Positions 36,899 through 49,500 of a DNA stretch of 55,752 nucleotides are shown here, piece by piece. Each line of letters starts with the position of its first letter. Position 1 is the first letter of the stretch. The stretch is from Macrostomum lignano (Eukaryota), in contig NIVC01000167.1 in the NCBI GenBank assembly GCA_002269645.1, positions 46,877 through 102,628 on the forward strand, written 5' to 3'. The notes under the pieces were generated by a model. The model had not been told where the DNA came from, did no database searches, and saw nothing but the letters and a program-made list of their open reading frames with translations. The position numbers were made by a program, and so were the translations under genes.

Positions 36899-38133
36899 CT
36901 GAATATGGAGCATAGTGTGAGAGTCAGGCTGAATATGGAGCATAGTATGAGAGTCAGGCTGAATATGGAGCATAGTGTGAGAGTCAGGCTGAATATGGAG
37001 CATAGAGTGAGAGTCAGGCTGAATATGGAGCATAGTGTGAGAGTCAGGCTGAATATGGAGCATAGAGTGAGAGTCAGGCTGAATATGGAGCATAGTGTGA
37101 GAGTCAGGCTGAATATGGAGTCTAGTGTGAGAGTCAGGCTGAATATGGAGTCTAGTGTGAGAGTCAGGCTGAATATGGAGTCTAGTGTGAGAGCCAGGCT
37201 GAATATGGAGTCTAGTGTGAGAGTCAGGCTGAATATGGAGTCTAGTGTGAGAGTCAGGCTGAATATGGAGTCTAGTGTGAGAGTCAGGCTGAATATGGAG
37301 TCTAGTGTGAGAGCCAGGCTGAATATGGAGTCTAGTGTGAGAGCCAGGCTGAATATGGAGTCTAGTGTGAGAGTCAGGCTGAATATGGAGCATAGTATGA
37401 GAGTCAGGCTGAATATGGAGCATAGTATGAGAGTCAGGCTGAATATGGAGCATAGTGTGAGAGTCAGGCTGAATATGGAGCATAGTATGAGAGTCAGGCT
37501 GAATATGGAGCATAGTATGAGAGTCAGGCTGAATATGGAGCATAGTGTGAGAGTCAGGCTGAATATGGAGCATAGTATGAGAGTCAGGCTGAATATGGAG
37601 CATAGTGTGAGAGTCAGGCTGAATATGGAGCATAGTGTGAGAGTCAGGCTGAATATGGAGCATAGAGTGAGAGTCAGGCTGAATATGGAGCATAGAGTGA
37701 GAGTCAGGCTGAATATGGAGTCTAGTGTGAGAGTCAGGCTGAATATGGAGTCTAGTGTGAGAGTCAGGCTGAATATGGAGTCTAGTGTGAGAGCCAGGCT
37801 GAATATGGAGTCTAGTGTGAGAGTCAGGCTGAATATGGAGTCTAGTGTGAGAGTCAGGCTGAATATGGAGTCTAGTGTGAGAGTCAGGCTGAATATGGAG
37901 TCTAGTGTGAGAGCCAGGCTGAATATGGAGTCTAGTGTGAGAGCCAGGCTGAATATGGAGTCTAGTGTGAGAGTCAGGCTGAATATGGAGCATAGTGTGA
38001 GAGTCAGGCTGAATATGGAGCAAGTGTGAGAGTCAGGCTGAATATGGAGTCTAGTGTGAGAGTCAGGCTAAATATGGAGTCTAGTGTGAGAGTCAGGCTA
38101 AATATGGAGTCTAGTGTGAGAGTCAGGCTGAAT
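36899..38133. repeat. 30-bp minisatellite GAATATGGAG(CAT/TCT)AGTGTGAGAG(T/C)CAGGCT, ~41 copies with higher-order structure
   Basis: Units align with the 60-nt print lines; variant blocks are visible. Confidence 0.95.
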
Positions 38134-39002
38134 GCAGAGGGAGAGAGACTTATGAAGAAGTGGGTTTGCCAGACATGGACAAAAATGGAAGCCTTCGAAG
38201 TCCCATTCAAACACAGCGATGTCAAAGCTAAAATTTACAGACGGCGCCCCTGCTGCGTCTGGCTGAATCAAAAGATTTTTGAAAAGCTTAACAAAGTGGC
38301 CAACAGGCACAGAAATGCGACTGTTTCCCTTCGAAAAGTCTTTGTGCGACAGTCTTTATTGACCAAGACAGAGATCTGGGACATTGGGGGGCACTAATCT
38401 TGTTTTGGCCAACATTGGCTGCAGCCGCCCCCCGTGTCCCCGCCGTGCCACGCACGCGCACTTGACTCTATTTTATCCCCAATCTGCGCCTCTGCTCCCC
38501 AGTCTCCGCAGGTGGTCCTCTGGACGGCGCGGGCCTGCACCATTTATCTGACCGGAGATCCTCGCTGCCACCGAACCCATCCCAAGGGGACCTCGAGTGT
38601 TTCTTGGAATGGGAATCGGGAGGAACAGTCGCACTTGACCACTGACTGCCGGCCGCTTGGGGAGGGGAGTGGAGGGTTGGAGCGAGTTGGCTAAAATGGG
38701 ATAATTGCCTTGTTGTTCCCTCTCTCGCATGCTCTATCAATCCCGGGTGGGGCTGGGGGACCCGCGGCCCCAATGGCCCCCGCGGGGACTCCCGGCCATA
38801 GAGGGGCCAATTGCAGATTTCCCCTGCAGATACCCGGGCCGCAGCAGCAGCAGCAGTCGCTGTTTGTTTTGCGGGGCCCCCGTCCCATACAGTCCGGTGT
38901 TTGGCCCCGCCCCCGGCTTTCAATCTGCATGGTCCATCGTTAGCTATGGGTGGCTATAGCTGGGCCAAGGACTTCTTAAATCAGAATCAGGAGTGCCCAC
39001 TT

Positions 39003-39610
39003 TTCACCAAATCTTCACCAAATCTTCACACCAAATCGTCACACCAAATCTTCACCAAATCTTCACCAAATCTTCACCAAATCTTCACCAAATCTTTACC
39101 AAATCTTCACCAAATCTTCACCAAATCTTCACACCAAATCGTCACACCAAATCTTCACCAAATCTTCACCAAATCTTCACCAAATCTTCACCAAATCTTC
39201 ACACCAAATCGTCACACCAAATCTTCACCAAATCTTCACCAAATCTTCCCAAAATCTTCACACCAAATCGTCACACCAAATCTTCACCAAATCTTCACCA
39301 AATCTTCACCAAATCTTCACCAAATCTTCATCAAATCTTCCCAAAATCTTCACACCAAGTCTTCACCAAATCTTCACCAATCTTTATCAACTCTTCACTA
39401 ACTCTATCAACATCTCATCGACTCTAGCAACTCTTTACCGACTCTTTATAAACTCTTCATTAGCTCTATCAACTCTTAACCAACTCTTCGCCAACTCTAT
39501 CAACTCTTCACCGACTCTTCATCAACTCTTCATCAACTCGTCACCAATTGTTTATCAGATCTTCACTGACTCTTTATCAATTCTTCACCATCAACTCTTC
39601 ACCAACTCTT
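39003..39610. repeat. 11/13-bp satellite AAATCTTCACC, decaying into AACTCTTCA-type units
   Basis: Direct reading. Confidence 0.85.
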
Positions 39611-41450
39611 GGTTGAGATGCGGTGAATCAGAGAGTTGGGGCAGGATTGGCACTCCAGGATTCAGGTTCAAGGTGTCCCTGGGTCTCGAAGATTCCCGCT
39701 GAGCGGCGCGATGCTCTGCGGAGATACAGTCGACCGCGAGAGAGCGCAGCGCGGAGGGAGATCCCCGTTGGGATCTCAGAGCAACTTCGCCAACACGCCA
39801 ACTTTGATGGCAATGTGTGGGATTCCGAGGGAAGGAAGGACTGTGTATTATTCCCTATTAGACACGTTGACGGTTCGAAACAGTCTGACATTTCCAATTT
39901 CGAAGATTTTCAAAAAGTCTTGAAAGTGCACTAAATAGTTTTTGATGTTATCGACAAGTCAAAGCCAGCCAATGATCTGGGAGGCATTGTGTGTAGCTAT
40001 AGATGACAATTCCAGCATAAGAGGCGCGAGTCACTTCGTTATTGGCATCTCCTTATTTCTCAAGTGGATTTTTCACCATAATCTGGCCTAAGGCATCGAG
40101 GCCGCCATTGTATTTGAGAACACTTGACTCAGTTCTAATCTACAAAAGCCATATACTCGTATTGTTATCCAAATATGCCTCATTCGCCATGATTTATGCC
40201 ATAAATTGAGTCTGATGAAAAAAAACTTGAAAAATCCAACGTGGCTGAGAAGCTGCTCAACGCGGACTGGAATCTCGACAAGGGCTTAAAGATAACATTC
40301 GAACACAGAGGGGAACAATGCTTACCGATGAGGAAAAACTTAGATCTCAACCATCCACCCCCCCCCCCAAAGAAAGCCAGGATAAAGTCAGACTGAAGGG
40401 CCTGACTGAACTCTGTTTGATCCGAGCTCAGTTGCGTGTCCGGCGTCTCCAACTCCCCCAAACGAAGCCCGTGTGGCAAAAAAACGACCAACTGGCCCTT
40501 TGAGCCGCCCGCTCGGACGTGACTTGCCGTCCACTCGGCCGGCCGGCCGTCCGGAGCCGCTGCCGCTCTTTGTTACAAAGAGTTTCCAGCGTAATTGGAA
40601 AACAATTAAACAACTGGCGGATCCTGTTTCTCTGCCTGTGCTGACCAGACTCTTCTTTTTAACTTGGCTTTTTCCTCAGTCCGCTCGGGCCCCGCGGCGG
40701 GGAGGGGGGAAGACAGGGCACGAAGAAGCTTCAGCTTCGTCTGCAAAAAAATTGGAGAAAGCGGAATCGAGCGCTTCCGGAAAGATTCGAAAAGGAGCCT
40801 CGGGGGAGGGGGGCGGTTGCCAGGAGACTCGTCAACTGAGTAGCTATTTGAGAGCTGAGAACTCCAAATCACCAATTCTTATTCAATCTCAATCTGGATC
40901 GATCGAAACTTGATAGCTCATAGGAAAACTCGCAGATAGGAACCGCCGTTCAAAAGAGATTTTTTTAGAAATCGAATTTCGCCGGCATTTGGTCGGCAAC
41001 AATCGAACCGGCCAATCTGCCCCGTGCGGGCTGGGATTCAAAAAATTTCGTTACAAAAGTCAAGAATTCGCTTTGAGTCAAAAATGTTTCAATCAATAAT
41101 TGAGTGAATTGAGCTAATTGTGTCTTTAACCATCCATGTCTCTCAATTCTGTAAGCCAGTCTCCCATGCAAATTTGATAATCCGATACACTTACAAAAAG
41201 CATCTGATGCCTGAGAAACTGTGGGCAGATGATCGATGAGCACTGACCCCACTGGCTCTGTGTGCAACCATATAAAATTTAACCAAAAATGGCCTCTTTA
41301 TCAGTCTTTCGCTAAAAAATTACTTTAGTTTCATCCACATTTGCCTGCTGAGAATCGAGCCTACGACCGCGGGCAAAAAGCTTCTACGCTTTGATCGAGC
41401 ATTGCTCAGAACTGCTCAGAAGTTCGTTTTTTTAAACAAGCACAAAAATT

Positions 41451-41805
41451 GTGCTGGCGCCTCTGGTGCTGGCGCCTCTGGTGCTGGCGCCTCTGGTGCT
41501 GGCGCCTCTGGTGCTGGCGCCTCTGGTGCTGGCGCCTCTGGTGCTGGCGCCTCTGGTGCTGGCGCCTCTGGTGCTGGCGCCTCTGGTGCTGGCGCCTCTG
41601 GTGCTGGCGCCTCTGGTGCTGGCGCCTCTGGTGCTGGCGCCTCTGGTGCTGGCGCCTCTGGTGCTGGCGCCTCTGGTGCTGGCGCCTCTGGTGCTGGCGC
41701 CTCTGGTGCTGGCGCCTCTGGTGCTGGCGCCTCTGGTGCTGGCGCCTCTGGTGCTGGCGCCTCTGGTGCTGGCGCCTCTGGTGCTGGCGCCTCTGGTGCT
41801 GGCGC
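41451..41805. repeat. Perfect 15-bp satellite GTGCTGGCGCCTCTG, ~23.7 copies
   Basis: No variants seen. Confidence 0.97.
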
Positions 41806-42354
41806 ATACGAGTACTCAACTCTCAACTCAATTGGTGCCCAGTGAAAGAAGATTAGGTTTGCGTACAGACAACCCTTCCCCAAATAGAAAATTTTGGCTA
41901 CGCTCTGAGCGTGGATGCGATGTGCTTAGCCTGAAAATATTATTCAGTCACTATATGTACTACTTACAGTAAGAGATTGCAAGTAAGTAGTGGAAATCAC
42001 CCGCGTTGAATTTAAATACAAATTCAATGAAGCTTTCGTACTAAGCAAGCAATATACAGTGTGTAATATCAAGGACATAAAAGCGATTGACATAGGCTTG
42101 TACATACAAAGCATCAAGCGTAATCAGTGTATTATTTCTTCTCTTGAAAAGGACTGAAAACCAAAAAAATGAATTCGGTGATCCAAGTGCTTTACAGGAA
42201 ACTAGCTATCAAAATAACTGTCAAAACCAAAGCAACAAATAAATTTGATTGGGAAAACGGAGATTTCATTAGGGTGTAGCTTTTCTCGAGTTAAATTCAA
42301 CAAATTGCAACGAGGCTCTGCCAAATCTGGGCCAAAAGCCCGAGAACATGGCCT

Positions 42355-42903
42355 TTCATAAACCTCAACCTTCACAAACCTCAACCTTCACAAACCTCAA
42401 CCTTCATAAACCTCAACCTTCACAAACCTCAACCTTCACAAACCTCAACCTTCACAAACTTCAACCTTCACAAACCTCAACCTTCACAAACCTCAACCTT
42501 CATAAACCTCAACCTTCACAAATCTCAACCTTCACAAATCTCAACCTTCACAAACCTCAACCGTCACAAACCTCAACCTTCACAAATCTCAACCTTCACA
42601 AACCTCAACCTTCACAAACCTCAACCTTCACAAACCTCAACCTTCACAAACCTCAACCTTCACAAACCTCAACCTTCACAAACTTCAACCTTCACAAACC
42701 TCAACCTTCACAAACCTCAACCGTCACAAACCTCAACCTTCACAAATCTCAACCTTCACAAACCTCAACCTTCACAAACCTCAACCTTCACAAACCTCAA
42801 CCTTCACAAACCTCAACCTTCACAAACCTCAACCTTCACAAACCTCAACCTTCACAAATCTGAACCTTCACAAACCTCAATCTTCACAAACCTCAACCTT
42901 CAA
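42355..42903. repeat. 16-bp satellite AAACCTCAACCTTCAC, ~34 copies
   Basis: Direct reading. Confidence 0.92.
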
Positions 42904-43091
42904 AGCACCAACTTTGCCCAGTTGGATTCTTAAAATCGTGAAAAAATCAGAGGCTGCAAAGTTTAGGCCTTGTGAATTTTTTGGACTCGTGAAGCTCTTC
43001 TTCCAGCAAACAACGCATCCGGTGAGGTGGACAAGATGATGCAGGCAGCTGTCAAACCGCCATCGGAGAGGCAGTCAGCCCTGAGCCCCCC

Positions 43092-44122
43092 TCATACCAG
43101 GCCGTGAGAGTCCAGGCCGAGCTTGCGCTGCAGGTCTAACATCACCCGGTCGAACTCCGACTCCAGTTGGCCACCGCGCTGCTCCGCGGCCGACACCTCC
43201 GCTGCCAGTCGGTCCGCCTGCTGCTGCTGCGCCTGCTGCTGCTGACCGCGCCGTCTGCCAGATGGGACGAGACGCCCGGAGGCCAGGCGCTGCTGCTGTT
43301 GCTGCTGCTGATTCCTGACTGAGAAGCCGCCGCTCTCCACCGCCGACCCGCCGCCGCGCTCGAACTTCAACGGCCGCTCGCCGATCACGGAGACGCCGGC
43401 GGGCCCCGACGGAATCGGCGTCGGCGGTATTGACGAAGACGACGACGAGGACTGCTGACGTCGCCGCTGCTCAGCCGGGCCGCCAGTGCGGGGCCGTTGC
43501 CGCCCGCCGCCGATTGACGAATTCGGACGCGGAGGCGGCGGGCAAGCGGCCGACTGGACGCGGGCGTTGGCGCGGGCCATCAGGCTCTGCGGGTCGAACA
43601 GGTCGTCTGGAGGCTGCGGCGGTGGTGCCGGTGCCGGCATCCGCGGTGATACGCGGGCAACTGGCGCGCCCGAAGCTGGCAAGACGAGGTCGCGGACTCG
43701 AATCCCCGTTGCTGAAGCCCCGGTACCACCGCTGCCGCCGCCAAAGTGGCTGGCATTGCCGGACGTCGGTCGAAATGAGACTCGGCGCTTCTGGGTGTCC
43801 CAGGCGGCTCGGAGCTCCTCCTGGCTGAGCAGGTCTTCCAGCTGAGACACGCGACGGCGGAGGGCTTCTTTCTGCTCGTGAGAGAGCAGCAACGTCGATG
43901 CCGACGGCTCCAAGTCTTCCACCGCCGCTTCGCCAGTCCAGTTGACGGCGTCAGCCAGCTGGTCGGTGGCCTCCTGGCTGCCGGCCCAGGCGGCGCGGAC
44001 CAGCGCCACCACTGTGGCCAGTTGAGTGCGCAGCTCGGCGGCTTCGTGTTCCAGCTGCTGGATTCGCCTGCGGCTGTCTGCGCCGTCGCCGGCGTTTGGC
44101 GAAGCTGGTCGCTGCTGCATCT
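43092..44122 (-). CDS. Uncharacterised protein exon (342 aa from first ATG) with N- and C-terminal coiled-coil-like segments and a Pro/Gly/Gln-rich linker; probably a terminal exon
   Basis: Long GC-rich ORF with the same codon style as the known genes. Heptad-like RRIQQLEHEAAELRTQLATVV and LAAEVSAAEQRGGQLESEFDRVMLDLQRKL. Acceptor-like CTGCAG immediately 5' (44123-44128). Upstream exons were not resolved. Confidence 0.7.
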
Positions 44123-46597
44123 CTGCAGTGTATGTTGAGCAAAAGCAAAATTAAAGCAATACTAGCCATTGTAAACCATGGAACTTAAGCTATTATTTGA
44201 AGTAGCGGTTTTAAGAGTTAAATAAAAATAGGCATAACCTACTCAGGTGAAAAATAGGAGATTGGTAAAAAATCTCATTTTTAGTAATATTATTTCAGCC
44301 AAAGTTGCTATTTGCAGTTGTGTTAAGAAAGGCACTACTATTGGTTCTAGCTCATTTTTAATCTTAGTGATTTGAGCTAAGAGTTTTTTACTTTTACTTT
44401 AAAGGTCATGAGAATTTGAATTTAGCAGCTAAGCCCTAACTTTAATATCAGCCTAGACTTATAGAACGTGTAACAATAATATAAATTACATACAGTATTA
44501 AGTAGTTCATTTTGATATACGAGCGTAAAAACAAAGTAAAATATCACACAACTTAGTAGTTTGCTATTAAAAACATTTCGGACTTTTAATATGGCTTGTT
44601 ATAAATGCAACATTTCTGATGCTAATAGATAAACTCTATAGTCACATTCACAATCATTTTTAAGGAATGAGGATGCATCCAGCAGAGCAAATTACTACTA
44701 CGAGCTGAGAAAGTAAAGCAAATTAGTCTTTAAAATTAAAAAATCTAATATTTAAATGATTTCGAGTAATATTTTTCAAACTTTCAGAACTATGTAATCC
44801 AATTGAAATCATACTGCTTCTATAGGCATCAATATCTCATACCTGGTCAGCTGTAGCTCATCAAAACTTAAAAAATCTAATCAGTTAACCCCAAGCCCAA
44901 GGCACACAAACAAAATGTAAAAGCTATATATACAGATTGAATAATAAATAGAAACAAAGATAGTATCGCATTGTATATTCTTTGAAATTGGATCGTAAAA
45001 ATATTCGGATCTGCATCTGCATGCTGTTGAATCTTCAGACGAAGTGAAAAGTGTTTTTGGAGTATTAATAACTAGAATTCTCAACATTGAAGTCATGTCA
45101 TAGACGGCGTAAGTAGTTACTACAATATTAGTATAAAATTTCAGGTCGGAACCACAAATTTTGAAATAAATTTTATCAATACAGCTAATCTCAAATGCCT
45201 TAATTTTTTCAATGTTTTATGTCTAAAACTCTCTTAAGAATATTTGTTTGAATGCTTGTAGCTTTCGGGTTTGGAAATTTGAACGCCGTTACAATAATTG
45301 ATGGACCGACTTTAAAATGAAATTGCTTCAGTGATCAACAATCGTCAATAGATAACATAGATCAGCGGTTAAAATTCATAACATAAAAAATCTTTTTACA
45401 GAACAATTCGTCACAAGATGTCGAATTGAATCTGGTTTAATTCATGCATCAAAACATTAGGCTTCCACAAAGCCGCTCCATTGGTACCAACGTTTTCAAA
45501 ATAGCCTGATATACTTTATCTTCTCACATCTTGCTAAAAATAGTTAAGCAAACAGCAGTCTTTATATAATCCAGAGAAAAAATTCATTAACGTAATTCAG
45601 CTTATATAAATAGGGGTCTCAATTCTCTCTTAAGTTAAATATCATTAACGGTGATATTGCCAATATACATGTACTCGTACATGTACATATACTACATGAA
45701 TACCCACGTACGCGTACGCGCTCTATGCTATGGCAATAGCTGTTACACATAAAGTGATACTTTTGGTTCTGGCCGCAACTTTTAAAAGTACTGGGATTTT
45801 AACATAATTACATGTAGCTATCTGCGATAGATAAAAATATTGAGAAAATTGAGAATATGACAACTTTAAAAGATGTGTGCGTACACGTGTATGTGCTTGC
45901 AAATTGCACTGTATTGAAGCATAAATATTATTTTTATTTAAAGGAGACTAAACTACATAAGCCATCAAAATAAAGATATAACCTTTTTGACCTTTTGCCT
46001 TTGTTCTTCAAAAACATCTGAACCTCATCCGAGTTACTAAAATGATCGTATTATTAGCCATCAAAGTTCCGGAGGGGTGACTGTACATGTACATTCGCAA
46101 TTTTAGCAGCAAAAGTTCTGAACAGCAGCAATATTTTATTTCCGGAAAGACAATAAAAACTTTTCCCAGAAACTTATAGAAAATAATTCACACAAAAATC
46201 ATAGAAAAAGTCTATCTTATTGAACCGCTATTTCTGCATGGCTATTTGGGGCTCACTATACCTACTTACATGTAAGCTATAATTTTAATAATAATTTTAA
46301 CCATACGAGCTACTTATGAATAACGCCTGAACTTGATAAGAGATCTCAAATTGTGAGCACACATGCAAGCATGCGCGATACGAACAGCCAGCTATCAAAC
46401 GTTGTATGCTCACGCATGCTTGGCAACGTCCAAGTGAAAGAAAAATAGCTCATTCCAGTTTTTTTGAAAATTTGCCTGTCTCAATCGTGAGCACATGTTT
46501 AATGATCTTCAGCATATTAGGCGCAATTTCGACGAGATTGTATGGTAATTTCAATAGAAAAACAAAACTATTTGAGTAACCAAAGTTTCCAATTCTA

Positions 46598-49500
46598 ATG
46601 GCAGTTCAAGAGCACGGTGTGGAGACTGCGCTGGGAAAATTCCAGAATTCCGCTGAATCTGACGAGCTTGGTAAGAGAGTCTTGGGGCTGTTTTAACCAG
46701 ACAGGTACGTTTCAAGGACCACCTAGAAGTTTACTACCCTTTTAATTGGGTCATAGGCAATTTTTGAAAGTAGAGAAGTTCAAGTAGAGAACTTTTTGCA
46801 CTAATTGATCAGTACATGTATTGCTTTTTTCAGCCAAGTTGGTAGTTTAGCCAATTCCAAGTTGTTAATTCCCATTTGGCAAGTACATGTAGATTTGGTC
46901 TTGCCCATAGACATAGACGGAAAACAGGCAAGCAAGTTGATGATTCGGCCATAGACATCAGCACAAATAAGAATGCCAGCAGCAACCTCTCTCATAGACT
47001 TGAAATCTCCCAGTTTTCAAAACTGTTTTTCATTTTTTAAGCTCAATCAGTTAAGTATCATGCTTAAAATCGCCTTCCTTAAGCTTGCCTTTTTCTGTCT
47101 TTGTTTATGTCTATGGGCAAAACTAAATCTGCTGCCTGCTGAATGGGAATTGTCAAATTGGATGACAAACTACAATTTGAGCAAAAACTCCTATAATGCA
47201 CCTTTGAAGCAACATTGAACCTTGAAATAAACTCCGTATAAGAGCGTACAATAAGCACCAGTAAGTCATTGGACGTGACTCAAAGAAATTATTTCAAGTG
47301 CGGTTCAGCAAGACAATCCCGCATTTTCGGTTCCTGTATTTCATATACTTCCTTCTCGCGACTTCATAAGTTAAAATTAAACGAGGACAAACTAATTTTT
47401 CCCTACATCGCTTCCCAAAACAATCCAGAAGCAGCAAGCAGCGCCGACGATGTTGACGACGCGAGGGAGACACCGAAGCCACCCAACGTTGACGCCGCAA
47501 CTCGAGAAGCCTGGATGTCGGCTTTTCGCACTGTTTCGCGTCGCCGCGGCGTCGGCCTTGCCGTCGGGCAGCTGGGCGACGCGCTCCGGCTGGCAGGCTT
47601 CGTCGTGACGGAGGCGGAGGTGGCGCAGTACCGCGCCGAGGCCGACCCCGGCGGCACTGGCCGGATCGGCGCCGATGCCTTCGTAGCGCTGGCGGCCAAG
47701 GTAACCTGCCAGTTGAAAACGCCGTTAGTAAAAACTCTGTAGCGACTCTGGGTGACTCTTGTGACTTTTTAACGACTCAAACGGCTCTAATACGACGGTG
47801 AGGCGACTTTTGAGTAATGAGCGAGTCACGTGTGTTGTAGAATCGTAAAAGCGTTGAGAAAGAGCCGCCCAAGAGTCTCGTACTAGTGCTTAACTTTCTA
47901 ATAGCTCAAGAAGGCTAATTAGTGTCTAATATGCTCATCCACACTTACTATTTATGCCACTAAAATTAATGAAGCTTACGTCGCCTTAGAGTCAGTTGAG
48001 TCAGAGTTTCATAGGAAATCGCAGTTGAGTCATGGAATATCATTGGGAATCGCAGTTGAGTCATGAAACATCATAGGAAATCGCAGTTGAGTCATAGAAT
48101 TTCATCGGAAATCGCAGTTGAGTCAGAATATCATTGTAAATTGCAGTTGTGAGTTGAGTCATGAAATCTCATAGGAAATCGCAGTTGAGTCATAGAATAT
48201 CATTGTAAATCGCAGTTGAGTCATAGAATATCATAGGAAATCGCAGTTGAGTCATAGAATTTCATCGGAAATCGCAGTTGAGTCATAGAATTTCATCGGA
48301 AATCGCAGTTGAGTCATAGAATTTCATCGGAAATCGCAGTTGAGTCATAGAATATCATCGGAAATCGCAGTTGAGTCATAGAATTTCATCGGAAATCGCA
48401 GTTGAGTCATAGAATTTCATCGGAAATCGCAGTTGAGTCATAGAATATCATCGGAAATCGCAGTTGAGTCATAGAATATCATTGGAAATCGCAGTTGAGT
48501 CATGGAATATCATTGGGAATCGCAGTTGAGTCATAGAATTTCATCGGAAATCGCAGTTGAGTCATAGAATTTCATCGGAAATCGCAGTTGAGTCATAGAA
48601 TTTCATCGGAAATCGCAGTTGAGTCATAGAATATCATCGGAAATCGCAGTTGAGTCATAGAATATCATTGGAAATCGCAGTTGAGTCATGGAATATCATT
48701 GGGAATCGCAGTTGAGTCATAGAATTTCATCGGAAATCGCAGTTGAGTCATAGAATTTCAGCGGAAATCGCAGTTGAGTCATAGAATATCATAGGAAATC
48801 GCAGTTGAGTCATAGAATTTCATCGGAAATCGCAGTTGAGTCATAGAATTCATCGGAAATCGCAGTTGAGTCATAGAATTTCATCGGAAATCGCAGTTGA
48901 GTCATAGAATATCATCGGAAATCGCAGTTGAGTCATAGAATTTCATCGGAAATCGCAGTTGAGTCATAGAATTTCATCGGAAATCGCAGTTGAGTCATAG
49001 AATATCATCGGAAATCGCAGTTGAGTCATAGAATATCATCGGAAATCGCAGTTGAGTCATAGAATATCATTGGAAATCGCAGTTGAGTCATGGAATATCA
49101 TTGGAATCGCAGTTGAGTCATAGAATTTCATCGGAAAACGCAGTTGAGTCATAGAATTTCATCGGAAATCGCAGTTGAGTCATAGAATATCATTGTAAAT
49201 CGCAGTTGAGTCATAGAATTTCATCGGAAATCGCAGTTGAGTCATAGAATATCATCGTAAATCGCAGTTGAGTCATGGAATTTCATTGGAAATCGCAGTT
49301 GAGTCATGAAATATCATAGGAAATCGCAGTTGAGTCATAGATGCAGAGTCAGGTCCAAGTCAATTTCACCTCCTATTCGCTCGTCGCCACAGGCTCGTCT
49401 TGAACTTGGCAGCGGGGAAGACGGCGAGGCCAGCGCTGACAGCGACTTCAAGCGGCTGCGGGCAGCTCTGGCCGTCTTCGACAAGCAGTCAACCGGGCGT

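Noticed and set aside
41340-41415. tRNA or tRNA-SINE on the minus strand (GGTCGTAGGCTCGATTCTC resembles a T arm/B box)
   Set aside because: The T stem pairs poorly, and there is no convincing A box, D arm or acceptor stem.
36764-42863. ORFs from the 30-, 11-, 15- and 16-bp arrays (HIQPDSHT, APEAP, GASGA, NLHKPQPSQ)
   Set aside because: Unit lengths or their multiples are divisible by three and lack stops; several frames are open at once and flanks are non-coding.
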